Source: an uncultured Syntrophomonadaceae bacterium (GTDB taxonomy: Bacteria; Bacillota; Dethiobacteria; DTU022). From it: DNA of 64,000 nucleotides. Position 1 is the first letter of the stretch. The number at the start of each line of letters is the position of its first letter. Location of the stretch: positions 57,787 through 121,786 of the forward strand of contig CAYXQO010000002.1 of assembly GCA_964467475.1 (NCBI GenBank), given 5' to 3'. The position numbers were made by a program, and so were the translations under genes. Below are positions 37,880-47,866 of the stretch, in pieces. Below the pieces are notes generated by a model that worked only from the letters and a program-made list of their open reading frames with translations, was not told the origin of the DNA and ran no database searches.

Positions 37880-39916
37880 TTAATTACCATAAGAAAATAC
37901 TATGAATAAGATAATTCCAAGGACAAACGCCAAGAGCAAGTTGTCAAAATTAAGGTTTTTAATATTCCATTGCTCCTGGTCCCACCAAAACAAACTGCTC
38001 CTGAACTGCTCCTGCAAACGCCGTTCCCGCTCCGGTCCTTTTCCGGTTATATAATATGCCGACTGGCCTGCTTCATCAAGTGACTGTTCTGGTATAAGCT
38101 CCTTTTCTCCTGGCACATGAGAATCCCATTCGTTCTCACTTTCACTGTGGTCATAAAATTGTCCCAGGGCCATGTCATCTATATTAACTTCACGAAAGAA
38201 AAATGACAGGACCAAACGCGGCAACGGTTGAAATATCAATCTTTGAATGCTTAACCAGGGAGGCGGTGTCCATTCAAACCAGCCTCTTGAAACTCCCGGC
38301 AAATAAATAAACAAAGATAATAGAACTACAACCAGCATCGCCTCCAGGGGATGCCATTCAAAAAACTGGAAGCTAAAGAGATAATCAATGCTGGATCCGG
38401 CAAAATCAAGCAAACGCGCAGCGGGCAAAATCAGCCTATCCAGGAGAAAGTTCGGGAAAATCCCGATACCAAGTACCAGGGCAGCAAAAATAATAATCAC
38501 AAAATTAACCGATGGCGGGATACGGTAATCCTGATCAAGTTTTTCCGGAACCGGCCCCAGAAAAACCCCCTGGAAAAGCTTTATAAAGTAGCATATCGTT
38601 AAAGCGCTGGTCACCATAAAAAAGCGCTCGGCTACATAAATCCCGTAAATATCATAATACTGGTGCGCCTCTAATAAAGAATCATGCACCAAAGTCTTGC
38701 TGGCAAACCCGTTAAATCCAGGTATTCCGGCAATCCCGAGGGCTGCGATAACAAAAGTAACTGCTACTACCGGCATTTTCCGTGCCATACCACCCAGGCG
38801 GGACAAATCCAGTTCGTGGGTATACATATAAACCACCCCGATCATGGCAAAAAGTCCGGCCTTAAATATGGCATGATTGGCAATATGGTACAGCGATCCG
38901 GAAAAACCCATCGTTCCTTCAGCCCCCATAAACATGGCTACGCCGATCCCTGTAACAATATAGCCCATCTGACTGATGCTGCTGAAAGCCAGGATCCGTT
39001 TGGCGTTGCCTTGTAAAATGGCCATTAAAGCTCCAGCCAACATGGTAATTATGCCAACCCACATCAAGATATAGCCCGAACTGAAAATAAATGACCAGTC
39101 AGCTTCGGAGAGTGCCCCTGCCGGCTGAAATAGCACCAAACTTACCCGCAGGATACCGTAAGCGCCCGCTTTGATCATGATCCCCGACAAGAGAGCACTA
39201 GCCGGTGAGGGAGCTACCGGGTGAGCCAGGGGCAACCAGATGTGCAGGGGAACTATCCCGGCCTTAATTCCGAAACCAACCATAAACAAAAGCAGGATGG
39301 CCGTTCGCTGATTGCCGATTTCTTCCAAAGCAGGGACCATATTGAGGTGCCCCACATTACCGTAAAGCAATAAAATGGCAAACAGTAGGGAAAGACCACC
39401 GATAATGGCCATGTACAGGTATAACGAACCGGCCTGCAGCGCTTCCTGGTTTTGTTTATGGATAACCAGGACAAAGGAACTGAAGGTCATTATTTCAAAA
39501 AAGATAAACAGGGAAAAGAAGTCGCCGGCAAATACTACACCTAATATTGACCCGAGGGTAAAGATAAAAAAACTGTAATAACGACACAGGTTGTGCTCAA
39601 AATCCATATAGGCAAAGGAAAAGATCGTGGCCAATACCCAGATCAAGGTAATCAGAAAAGCAAACGTCCAGCCGATTAAATCAATGTTGAAGTACAGGTT
39701 GAATTGCATCAGTTCAATCAAATCACAGCACACTTCACCGGCAAAGACCATCGGTAAAAGCCAGATAACACCGGCAAGAGAAAAAAGTGATGCAGAAAGA
39801 ACTCCAGCCTTGCGGATCAACATTTTTTCATCAGGGACAAAATAGAGCGCTATACCGGTTAACATGGGAACTATAACCAGAAACAACGGTATATAAGTGC
39901 TGAAGGTTACCTCCAC
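37880..39916 (-). CDS. MrpD/NuoL-like antiporter subunit with a C-terminal extension.
   Basis: It has the canonical motif (PLHIWLPLAHPVAPSPASALLSGIMIKAGAYG). A C-terminal extension of about 200 aa ends in a TM helix (NLNFDNLLLAFVLGIILFIVFSYGN) homologous to the terminal helix of the downstream paralogue. Confidence 0.75.
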   Translation of the reverse strand: MEVTFSTYIPLFLVIVPMLTGIALYFVPDEKMLIRKAGVLSASLFSLAGVIWLLPMVFAGEVCCDLIELMQFNLYFNIDLIGWTFAFLITLIWVLATIFSFAYMDFEHNLCRYYSFFIFTLGSILGVVFAGDFFSLFIFFEIMTFSSFVLVIHKQNQEALQAGSLYLYMAIIGGLSLLFAILLLYGNVGHLNMVPALEEIGNQRTAILLLFMVGFGIKAGIVPLHIWLPLAHPVAPSPASALLSGIMIKAGAYGILRVSLVLFQPAGALSEADWSFIFSSGYILMWVGIITMLAGALMAILQGNAKRILAFSSISQMGYIVTGIGVAMFMGAEGTMGFSGSLYHIANHAIFKAGLFAMIGVVYMYTHELDLSRLGGMARKMPVVAVTFVIAALGIAGIPGFNGFASKTLVHDSLLEAHQYYDIYGIYVAERFFMVTSALTICYFIKLFQGVFLGPVPEKLDQDYRIPPSVNFVIIIFAALVLGIGIFPNFLLDRLILPAARLLDFAGSSIDYLFSFQFFEWHPLEAMLVVVLLSLFIYLPGVSRGWFEWTPPPWLSIQRLIFQPLPRLVLSFFFREVNIDDMALGQFYDHSESENEWDSHVPGEKELIPEQSLDEAGQSAYYITGKGPERERRLQEQFRSSLFWWDQEQWNIKNLNFDNLLLAFVLGIILFIVFSYGN

Positions 39917-39957
39917 CGATAAAAACCACCTTTACCACGGGTTTATTTTAACAAAAC

Positions 39958-41508
39958 CTAAAATATTCCCCCTTCCAAGAAAAACACAGTCGTAAGTTGA
40001 GATAAATCAAAGGGAATATTTAACGGCGTCAATCCGAAAATAAACGTGCATAATGCTAAAATTATCAGCGGAGCCAGCATTTTCGGGGTCGCATCCTGGA
40101 CTTTCAACTTAAGGGCAGATACTTGCGTTTGATTATGCCCGTGAGAACCTCCTTCGGCAGCCTCGCTTTCACCAATAATCTCGAAAAATGCCGGCACAAT
40201 GATCGGCAGATAATAAAGAGCATTCAATAGACTGCTAATTAAAAGGACCACAGCATATATAGTTAAATTGGCGTCAAGGGCCCCCAATCCCAGGGTCCAT
40301 TTACTCAGAAATCCACTTAAAGGAGGAATGCCGATCATAGCCAGGGCTGCTATGGAAAAACAGGCCATTGTATAAGGCATTTCCCTGCCGATGCCGCCCA
40401 TTTCCGAGATCTGCCTCTTTCCTGTCTTCCATATTATAGCACCGGCTGCAAGGAAGAGACAACTTTTCATGATTGCGTGGCTAAATATATGAAACATGGT
40501 CCCGGTAAGGGCATTCTCATTAAGAATACTCAAGCCTATAAGAACATATCCCATCTGCCCGACACTGGAGTAGGCAAGGCGGCGTTTAATATCATTCTGG
40601 GTTAAGGCCACAGCAGAACCCAGAAGGGTGGTGACCACCGCCAGGACCCCGAGGATTATGTCCCAATTATTCACCTGCATTATTTCAATCGAAAAGGCGT
40701 TAAAAACCACCCTGAAAAGCCCATAAGCTCCGGTTTTCAGCATTACTCCCGACAAAAGGGCGCTGGCCGGTGATGGAGCAACGGGGTGCGCATCCGGAAG
40801 CCAGACATGCAGCGGAAACATACCAGCTTTCATGCCGAATCCAATCACAAAACAGGCAAACGCCAGAAAGGAAAGGAAGGTGACTTCTTCGATAATAGAA
40901 CCTACCCCGAGTGAAACGGTGCCACCAAGCTCAAAAGTAATGATAATCCCTAGGAACAGAGCCAAACCGCCAATGATTGTCATCACCAGGTACTTGTAAC
41001 CAGCCTTTAAGGCCTGTTCTGTTTCTTCATGCACCACCAAAATATAAGAGATTAAAGACATTAATTCGAAAAACACAAAGAGGGTAAAAAAGTCACCGGC
41101 AAAGAATATCCCCAGGCAACTGCCGAGAGTAAACATCAACACCGGGTAATAACGGTCGCCTCCGTGCTCCTCGGCCATATAATCCAGGGAATAAATTGTG
41201 CAGAGGAACCAGATAAAGGAGGCAATTGCCCCAAGGCTAAAACTTAAAATATCGAGCCTGATCGAAATCTCCAGGTTTGGGAGAATTTCAAAAAGGGTCA
41301 ACTGGATTACATCGCCCCGCATCACTACCGGAAACAAGGAAAGGGTTAAAACAAAAGTGACTGCGCTAGTCAATAAAGACAAGGCATTTCTTAATTTATC
41401 CGAGCGGCCCCCGGCCGACATAATTACCGGGGTCATTACTATTGGAAATAAAATCACAAATAGTATTACCGCAATTGCTGTTGCTTCATCCACCGAAGCC
41501 ACCTCCAA
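39958..41508 (-). CDS. mrpD: MrpD/NuoM/N-like antiporter subunit.
   Basis: The 516-aa protein carries FPLHVWLPDAHPVAPSPASALLSGVMLKTGAYG. Confidence 0.8.
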   Translation of the reverse strand: MEVASVDEATAIAVILFVILFPIVMTPVIMSAGGRSDKLRNALSLLTSAVTFVLTLSLFPVVMRGDVIQLTLFEILPNLEISIRLDILSFSLGAIASFIWFLCTIYSLDYMAEEHGGDRYYPVLMFTLGSCLGIFFAGDFFTLFVFFELMSLISYILVVHEETEQALKAGYKYLVMTIIGGLALFLGIIITFELGGTVSLGVGSIIEEVTFLSFLAFACFVIGFGMKAGMFPLHVWLPDAHPVAPSPASALLSGVMLKTGAYGLFRVVFNAFSIEIMQVNNWDIILGVLAVVTTLLGSAVALTQNDIKRRLAYSSVGQMGYVLIGLSILNENALTGTMFHIFSHAIMKSCLFLAAGAIIWKTGKRQISEMGGIGREMPYTMACFSIAALAMIGIPPLSGFLSKWTLGLGALDANLTIYAVVLLISSLLNALYYLPIIVPAFFEIIGESEAAEGGSHGHNQTQVSALKLKVQDATPKMLAPLIILALCTFIFGLTPLNIPFDLSQLTTVFFLEGGIF

Positions 41509-41589
41509 GATTCTTTGTAAATTCCTTTATTTACTGTGATAGCTATATATAATATTATTAGCTTCCTCAACTATTAAAGTTTATTACTA

Positions 41590-43092
41590 TCAAAATAATA
41601 GCCCAATGGCATATTCCAACAAGTCCAAAGTAGGCCCGGGTACAACCCCGAAAAAGATGATCGCCGCTACACCGAACAGCAACGGAATCAGCATTTGCCG
41701 TGGCACCGGCTTGGCCACGTGTTCAAACTTTTCTTGGTACATAAAAGCGTTAACCACAATCGGCATATAGTATACCGCATTTAGCAAACTACTGGCCAGG
41801 ATAATTACTACAAAAAACGGCCGTCCTATTTCCAGGGCCCCGAGAGCCAAGTACCACTTACTGATTAACCCACCAGTGCCCGGTATGCCAATCATTGAAG
41901 CAGCACCAATAGTAAATGCGATCATGGTTACCGGTAAAACCTGCCCCACACCGGCAAGCTGTTTAATTTGCCTAACCCCGGTAGAATAAATAATTACCCC
42001 GGCAGCCATAAAAAGCATTGACTTCATCAGCGCATGAACAAGCAGGTGATAAAAACCACCCGTAAGTGCAATGGTATCGTCAAGCCCAATCCCCAGGAAC
42101 ACGTAACCAATCTGCCCGATACTGGAATAAGCCAACATCTTCTTTATATCTACCTGGACCATGGCAAAGATAGAACCAAACATAATTCCCGCTGTAGCTA
42201 ACCACAACACAATTTCATTTAGCGGGATTGAATCGAGTAAAGGCCGGGGAAATAGCTGGTAAAACATAATGAAAAGGGCAAAAGCATAAATTTTAATCAC
42301 GATTCCGGAAAGCATTGCGCTTGAGGGCGAAGGAGCCGAAGCATGTGCGTCGGGAAGCCAAACATGGAGCGGAAAAAGCGCCGCCTTGGTTCCAAAAGCA
42401 ACAATAAACAAAGCGGATGCGGCAAACATATTATTCGGATATTGTTCAACTGCAACCGGTAGCGCTTGATTCACCAGGTCATAATTAAACTGTCCGGTAA
42501 CCATGTAAAGCATGGCCACTCCTAATAAAAAACACCCGGTTCCCATTGCGCTTAAAATAAGATACTTAAAACTTGCTTCCAGGCAGGCGCGGTCTTCTTT
42601 AATCGAGATAATCGCGCAGGCTGAAATCGCACATATCTCCATAAGCACAAACAAGTTGAAAAGGTCATTCGTCATAGCAATACCGGCCATCGATCCAACT
42701 AAGAGGGCATATAATGAATAATACCAACCAAGCATTCCAATTTTTAGCTCATGTTGAAGGTCTTTTAAAGCGTAAACCATAATCCAGAGGCTTACCGCAA
42801 GAACTACCAGGAGCATATACGCCCTGAAATAGTCTACTTTGAACTCGACCCCGTAAGGAGGTTCCCATCCTCCCATATGGTAATAGATTTCCCCACCCTG
42901 ATGCACCTGGATTAACAGGGAAATGGCCATCACCAAAGCCAAAGAAAGAGAAACTAACAGCGCAGGAGCGCTAGCTTTCCTGGCCCAGCGATATAAAATC
43001 GGTGACAAAAAAGCAATACTAAATAAAATTGCTATAATTAATGCTGGAAAATGTTGTTCGAGACCCACTACTCCTGGCTCCTTATTAGGCAA
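41590..43092 (-). CDS. mrpD: MrpD/NuoN-like antiporter subunit.
   Basis: The 500-aa protein carries FPLHVWLPDAHASAPSPSSAMLSGIVIKIYAF. It overlaps the end of mrpC. Confidence 0.8.
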   Translation of the reverse strand: MPNKEPGVVGLEQHFPALIIAILFSIAFLSPILYRWARKASAPALLVSLSLALVMAISLLIQVHQGGEIYYHMGGWEPPYGVEFKVDYFRAYMLLVVLAVSLWIMVYALKDLQHELKIGMLGWYYSLYALLVGSMAGIAMTNDLFNLFVLMEICAISACAIISIKEDRACLEASFKYLILSAMGTGCFLLGVAMLYMVTGQFNYDLVNQALPVAVEQYPNNMFAASALFIVAFGTKAALFPLHVWLPDAHASAPSPSSAMLSGIVIKIYAFALFIMFYQLFPRPLLDSIPLNEIVLWLATAGIMFGSIFAMVQVDIKKMLAYSSIGQIGYVFLGIGLDDTIALTGGFYHLLVHALMKSMLFMAAGVIIYSTGVRQIKQLAGVGQVLPVTMIAFTIGAASMIGIPGTGGLISKWYLALGALEIGRPFFVVIILASSLLNAVYYMPIVVNAFMYQEKFEHVAKPVPRQMLIPLLFGVAAIIFFGVVPGPTLDLLEYAIGLLF

Positions 43093-43436
43093 ATTTCATC
43101 GTAATCTACTGTCCCATAATAACGGTATATTTTAACAATTAAACTAAGCGCATAAGCGGTAATGCTGATAGCAACAACAATACCGGTAAGCATAAGCGAA
43201 CTCGGGAGGGGATTTATATAAAGGACTTCTTTGCCCTCCTGAACAATGGGCGCTTGCCCTCCATAGGTGTAACCGACGGCAACAAAAAGCAAAAATACCG
43301 AGGTGTCCATTATATTCATAGCGATTACCTTTTTAATCAAATTCGAATGGGTAAGCATAGTATGCATCCCGATAATAAAAAGGAGAATCGCCGCCATGTA
43401 ATAATAATTATGAAGAACTTTGATTAACATTTCCAT
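43068..43436 (-). CDS. mrpC: MrpC/NuoK-like subunit.
   Basis: The 122-aa protein has three TM helices and MrpC/NuoK-like sequence. Confidence 0.7.
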   Translation of the reverse strand: MEMLIKVLHNYYYMAAILLFIIGMHTMLTHSNLIKKVIAMNIMDTSVFLLFVAVGYTYGGQAPIVQEGKEVLYINPLPSSLMLTGIVVAISITAYALSLIVKIYRYYGTVDYDEICLIRSQE

Positions 43437-43437
43437 A

Positions 43438-43869
43438 TTAATCTTCCCCCTCGATAATGTGAAAGAAAAAGCTCACAATAGTGCTTGCTACCTTAAACCC
43501 GAGAAAAACTGTAATGATCATGATCGCACCAGAACTGAAAAGTTCTCCTGCTTCTCCCATGGGAAATCCGGCAGCCCGGTTGGCCAAAAAATGCCCTCCA
43601 ACCGCTACACTCACCAGACCGGTTAACACAAACCCGAGAGCACCGCCGCTTTCCAGGATGGAAGAAACATCTTCAGAAATCTGCCTGGCTCCCACTTCGA
43701 GGTTAAAAGACACGGCTAAAAGAACAAGGCTAGCGCCAAAAATTGCGCCTCCGGAAAAACCACCCCCCGGGGAAAGATGGCCGTGCAGCACAATATAAAT
43801 CCCATACAATTGAATAAACGGCACCACAAGCCTGCTGGTGATGCGAACAATTTGGTCTTCCAGGGTCAT
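43438..43869 (-). CDS. mrpB: MrpB/MnhB domain subunit (MbhF-like).
   Basis: It carries the MnhB signature HGHLSPGGGFSGGAI. Confidence 0.75.
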   Translation of the reverse strand: MTLEDQIVRITSRLVVPFIQLYGIYIVLHGHLSPGGGFSGGAIFGASLVLLAVSFNLEVGARQISEDVSSILESGGALGFVLTGLVSVAVGGHFLANRAAGFPMGEAGELFSSGAIMIITVFLGFKVASTIVSFFFHIIEGED

Positions 43870-43879
43870 CTACCCCCAT

Positions 43880-44218
43880 TTACGAGTGAGATTTCAGGGT
43901 GGCAACCACCGCGGCAATTGCCACGAAAAGCACCGTTGCTTCACCCAGGGTATCAAAAGCACGGTAATCAATAATTACGCTGCTGACTATATTAACTGCC
44001 CCGGTATCGGCAACCCCCTGCTCCATGTAGCGTTGAGGAATTTCGTTAAACACCGGATTGTTGGGATCACCGAACGGAGGCATCTCGGCAACTGTAAAAC
44101 TAAAGAAAAATCCAATCAGGCCGACAAGCAATATGGTGAATACGCCTCTTGCCTGAAGGCGGAGCAGGTAGCGCATCGCAAAGATAGCCGCGATAATAAT
44201 AAACAGAATGTCTTCCAC
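43880..44218 (-). CDS. MrpB N-terminal-like small membrane subunit (MbhE-like).
   Basis: It contains IIDYRAFDTLGEATVLF, the MrpB N-domain signature. Confidence 0.6.
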   Translation of the reverse strand: MEDILFIIIAAIFAMRYLLRLQARGVFTILLVGLIGFFFSFTVAEMPPFGDPNNPVFNEIPQRYMEQGVADTGAVNIVSSVIIDYRAFDTLGEATVLFVAIAAVVATLKSHS

Positions 44219-44242
44219 TTAAATATCCCCCTCACAGGATCC

Positions 44243-44503
44243 CTATTCAGCCCGCCTGGTTTTGCTGATTGTCGCGATCAACAGTAATGTAGTAACCCCT
44301 GTACCCAGGGCAGCTTCCACCATGGCCACATCCGGAGCGCTCAGCTGCTGCCAGATAATCGCCATGATTAAACCAAAAGAAGCAAACACAATTACCGCGC
44401 TGAGCATGTCACGAATCTGGGCTACAGCAATAGCACATACTACTAAAAACAATAGCAGCAAAGCATTCAACACTTCTGTAAGAACGTCAGTCATTAGAAT
44501 CAC
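44243..44503 (-). CDS. DUF4040 (MbhD-like) small membrane subunit.
   Basis: The 86-aa protein has two to three TM helices and the sequence SAPDVAMVEAALGTG. Confidence 0.55.
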   Translation of the reverse strand: MILMTDVLTEVLNALLLLFLVVCAIAVAQIRDMLSAVIVFASFGLIMAIIWQQLSAPDVAMVEAALGTGVTTLLLIATISKTRRAE

Positions 44504-44807
44504 TCCTGCCTATTTGAGGCTTGATTCCTGTCGAGTAAGCGACCCGGGCAATAACATGGGCTGCCGTCGGGTTGGTAATTAAAACAAAAATAATCAGTAG
44601 AGCAAGCCTGATCGCCACCGCCATTTCACTTTGCAGGGCAAGAGAAAGCAGCACCAAACCGGCTCCGAGTGTATCGCACTTGGAGGTGGCATGCAGACGG
44701 TTGTATACATCGGGCAGGCGCAGCAAACCTACTATAGCGACAACCAGGAAAAAAAGACCGATGATCATTGATATTATTGACAATATCTGCAAAATAGTTT
44801 CCAGCAT
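44487..44807 (-). CDS. mrpG: MrpG/MnhG subunit.
   Basis: It contains GLLRLPDVYNRLHATSKCDTLGAG, the PhaG/MnhG signature. Confidence 0.75.
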   Translation of the reverse strand: MLETILQILSIISMIIGLFFLVVAIVGLLRLPDVYNRLHATSKCDTLGAGLVLLSLALQSEMAVAIRLALLIIFVLITNPTAAHVIARVAYSTGIKPQIGRSDSND

Positions 44808-44815
44808 CGCGTTAG

Positions 44816-45097
44816 TTAATCCAGCGCCCCTTTCTCCAGGTACTTAGCCACTCCAATGGTGAAAATAAAACCCATTAAAGCGTAAATCATGGCAATATCA
44901 AGAAAGTAAACCTGTTCATAGATCCTGGCTATTAGGGTAATAATAATCAGGGTGTTTGTTGTAATGATGTTGACAGCGACAACCCGGTCAGGCGCCGTAG
45001 GCCCAGCAAGCGCCCTGATCATGGCAACAAATATTGTCAACATAACCAGGATAGCTCCTAACGGGAACAATATATCAAGGATTTGTTCATAAATCAC
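44816..45097 (-). CDS. mrpF: MrpF/MnhF subunit.
   Basis: The 93-aa protein has three TM helices and the MrpF-like sequence ALAGPTAPDRVVAVNI. Confidence 0.7.
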   Translation of the reverse strand: MIYEQILDILFPLGAILVMLTIFVAMIRALAGPTAPDRVVAVNIITTNTLIIITLIARIYEQVYFLDIAMIYALMGFIFTIGVAKYLEKGALD

Positions 45098-45591
45098 TAC
45101 TTACCGCCCTCCATATCCTTGAGCCTGGCCATTAGGTGCCAATCCTTTATTGCCTTGCCAGTTTCTTTGGTAAGAGCATGCACCAAAAAATCTTTTTCGT
45201 CGGCAAGGACTGTTAATGTGCCCGGACACATAGTGATAGAATTACCCAGCAGTGTACGGCTGCCCATGCTTTCCAGATCCACCTTTACCGGAACCAGGTT
45301 CGGATAGATTGGCATCTTCGGGTGTAAAACCAGCCAGGCAATCTGGAAATTGGCAATGAATATTTCTTTAATCAAAATAAGTAGATACCCGATCAACCAG
45401 AAAACATTCTTTATTGTAACCGGAGGCCTGTCCCGGTCCCCAATCAAAAGGTTCCGGTTGAAATAAACCACAAATACAGACGATACAAAACCGACGATGA
45501 GTTGCGGAATGTCAAAAGAACTACTCACGGCAACCCAAAAAGCAATAAAAATTAGGGTAAAACCAATATAATTCAGCCAATCTTTTTTCAT
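45097..45591 (-). CDS. mrpE: MrpE/MnhE subunit.
   Basis: The 164-aa MnhE-like protein has two N-terminal TM helices and a soluble C-terminal domain. Confidence 0.7.
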   Translation of the reverse strand: MKKDWLNYIGFTLIFIAFWVAVSSSFDIPQLIVGFVSSVFVVYFNRNLLIGDRDRPPVTIKNVFWLIGYLLILIKEIFIANFQIAWLVLHPKMPIYPNLVPVKVDLESMGSRTLLGNSITMCPGTLTVLADEKDFLVHALTKETGKAIKDWHLMARLKDMEGGK

Positions 45592-45667
45592 AAGTATCCG
45601 CCACCTGGAACCTAATGGTTTAATATAATAAATATTTCACATGCTAACAAGCAAATTAAATCCCAAA

Positions 45668-46573
45668 CTAAACGCTTTTGCCCGAAGACGTTGCTTTTGC
45701 CGGTTCTTCATCTGCTTCCTTACCTTCATCCGGCATAATCGGTAGTACTGTCCGCGGATATATTGTTCCCGGTGGGCAAACCGGAACACATTTGCCGCAG
45801 TCGTCGCATTTATCAATATCAATAACCGCAAGCCTGTCATCCATCTCAATCGCTTCCTGGGGACATTCTTTGACACAAGCCCGGCAGCCAATACAGCCCA
45901 CGGTACATGCTTTAGAAACTGTTTTGCCCCGATCATGGGAACTGCACAGGACCAGATGCCCCTGGCCTGAACGGCGGGGTAAAGTTTTCAACAAATCCCT
46001 GGGGCATGCCTCTACACACAGCCCACAACCGGTGCAAGCTTCCGGGTCGACAATCGGCAGACCATGCGAACCGATTTCTATTGCTTCAAACGGGCAGACC
46101 CTAACACAGTTACCCAAACCAAGACAGCCATAACCGCAAGCTTTAAAGCCCCCGTTGAATTTGCCGGCCACCTCACAGTCTTGAACCCCGTCATATATGA
46201 ACAAATCAGCTGCTTTTTTATTATCCCCAATACAGAAAAGTGTAGCTATAAGCGGTTCCGAGTCGTCTACTTCAAGACCCAGCTCTTCAGCGATAGCCCG
46301 GGTGGTTTCTTCCCCGCCGGGTATACATGCATTAGCTGCTGCTTCCCCTTTAACAACCGCCGCCGCAAAATTAACACAACCGGCATAACCGCAAGCTCCA
46401 CAATTAGCTCCGGGTAATATATCATTAACTGCATCCACTCTCGGATCAGTTTTTACCGCAAAAACCCGTGCTGCAATAGATAACAGCAGCCCAAAAAGAA
46501 GGCCGATTAACCCTAAAGCAACAATTGCATATGCTATCTGCACGTTCCAACTCACCTCACCCATATTTAACAA
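45668..46573 (-). CDS. rnfB: Rnf complex subunit B (polyferredoxin).
   Basis: It has an N-terminal TM helix followed by multiple CxxCxxCxxxCP [4Fe-4S] motifs. The likely start is MGEVS. Confidence 0.85.
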   Translation of the reverse strand: MLNMGEVSWNVQIAYAIVALGLIGLLFGLLLSIAARVFAVKTDPRVDAVNDILPGANCGACGYAGCVNFAAAVVKGEAAANACIPGGEETTRAIAEELGLEVDDSEPLIATLFCIGDNKKAADLFIYDGVQDCEVAGKFNGGFKACGYGCLGLGNCVRVCPFEAIEIGSHGLPIVDPEACTGCGLCVEACPRDLLKTLPRRSGQGHLVLCSSHDRGKTVSKACTVGCIGCRACVKECPQEAIEMDDRLAVIDIDKCDDCGKCVPVCPPGTIYPRTVLPIMPDEGKEADEEPAKATSSGKSV

Positions 46574-46585
46574 TAAATTCTTCGC

Positions 46586-47167
46586 TTAGAGCGTTAGCAT
46601 TCCCTTAAAGCCAAGGAAGGCCAACGACAATATACCGGCAGTAATTAAAGTGACCGCGGAACCCTGCAGAGCTTCCGGAATTTTTGCCATCTCCAATCTT
46701 TCCCGGATACCGGCCATTATTACAAGGGCCAGTGAAAAACCAATTGAAGCGGCAAGGCCAAAAACAACTGCTTCAACAAAAGTAAATTCTTCCCTGACAG
46801 CAAGCACCGCAACCCCCATAATCGCACAATTCGTGGTAATTAAAGGTAAAAAGATCCCCAGGCCCTGGTACAGGGTAGGACTTATTTTACGCATCGCTGT
46901 TTCAACCAGTTGAACCAGGGAGGCAATAACCAAAATGAAAGTTACAATCTGTAAGTATTCCAGTTGATATGGCATTAATACAAAAGTATAAAGAATCCAG
47001 GTTACAATTGTGGCCATAGTCATGACAAAAATTACAGCCATGCTCATGCCTATCGCTGTTTCCATTTTACGAGAAACCCCGATAAACGGGCATATCCCCA
47101 GGAAACGTTGCAAAACAAAATTATCAACCAAAATATAGATAAAAATTATTGCCAGCAGTCTTTCCAT
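46586..47167 (-). CDS. rnfA: Rnf complex subunit A.
   Basis: It is an RnfA/NqrE-type six-TM protein (FLGICPFIGVSRK). Confidence 0.85.
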   Translation of the reverse strand: MERLLAIIFIYILVDNFVLQRFLGICPFIGVSRKMETAIGMSMAVIFVMTMATIVTWILYTFVLMPYQLEYLQIVTFILVIASLVQLVETAMRKISPTLYQGLGIFLPLITTNCAIMGVAVLAVREEFTFVEAVVFGLAASIGFSLALVIMAGIRERLEMAKIPEALQGSAVTLITAGILSLAFLGFKGMLTL

Positions 47168-47236
47168 AATAACCTCCTGCTACCGGTTATTTTATTTAAG
47201 TATTAATTTAAACTTTCAAGCTCATCCCGGTTTAAT

Positions 47237-47866
47237 TTATTTGATATTAAACTTCTTAAATATCACGTTAAAGATACCCAACAATAGTCCCAGGGCAATA
47301 AATGCACCCGGCGGTTGGGCAAAAAGGCCCATTGGTTCAAATTCTGGTCCAAAAAGGTGGACAGCACTTTCCGGGTCGGGCCCCATCAGGGTACCGTGTC
47401 CGGCAACTTCACGAACAAAAGATAATATCCCCAGGGCCAGGGTAAAACCAAGGCCAACCCCGATACCATCAATCAAAGAACGAAGTACCGGCTGTTTGCC
47501 TGCAAAAGCTTCGGCCCTGCCCAGTATAACACAGTTAACTACGATTAAGGGAACGAAAATGCCTAAAGCTTCATGAAGTGCGGGCTGATAAGCCTCTAAA
47601 ACCATATCAATTATAGTTACAAATGTTGCGATCACTACAATAAAGCAGGGTATTCGCACCTGAGGCGGGATAAATTGTTTGAGACTGGAAATCACCACAT
47701 TTGAAGCAACCAGCACTGCGGTTGCAGCAATTCCCATCCCCAGTCCGTTTATAAAAAAGGCAGTAACCCCCAACACCGGGCACAATCCCAAGAGTAATTT
47801 GAAAACCGGGTTTTCGCGAATAATACCCCGGGTTAAGTCTTGAATATAAACACTTTTATTATTCAT
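47237..47866 (-). CDS. rnfE: Rnf complex subunit E.
   Basis: It is an RnfE/NqrD-type protein (LLLGLCPVLGVT). Confidence 0.85.
   Translation of the reverse strand: MNNKSVYIQDLTRGIIRENPVFKLLLGLCPVLGVTAFFINGLGMGIAATAVLVASNVVISSLKQFIPPQVRIPCFIVVIATFVTIIDMVLEAYQPALHEALGIFVPLIVVNCVILGRAEAFAGKQPVLRSLIDGIGVGLGFTLALGILSFVREVAGHGTLMGPDPESAVHLFGPEFEPMGLFAQPPGAFIALGLLLGIFNVIFKKFNIK

Noticed and set aside
45637-45936. A 99-aa ORF on the minus strand overlapping the 3' part of rnfB in another frame.
   Set aside because: It lies entirely inside the well-supported rnfB coding sequence. It is basic, low-complexity and has no domain, so it is a shadow ORF.
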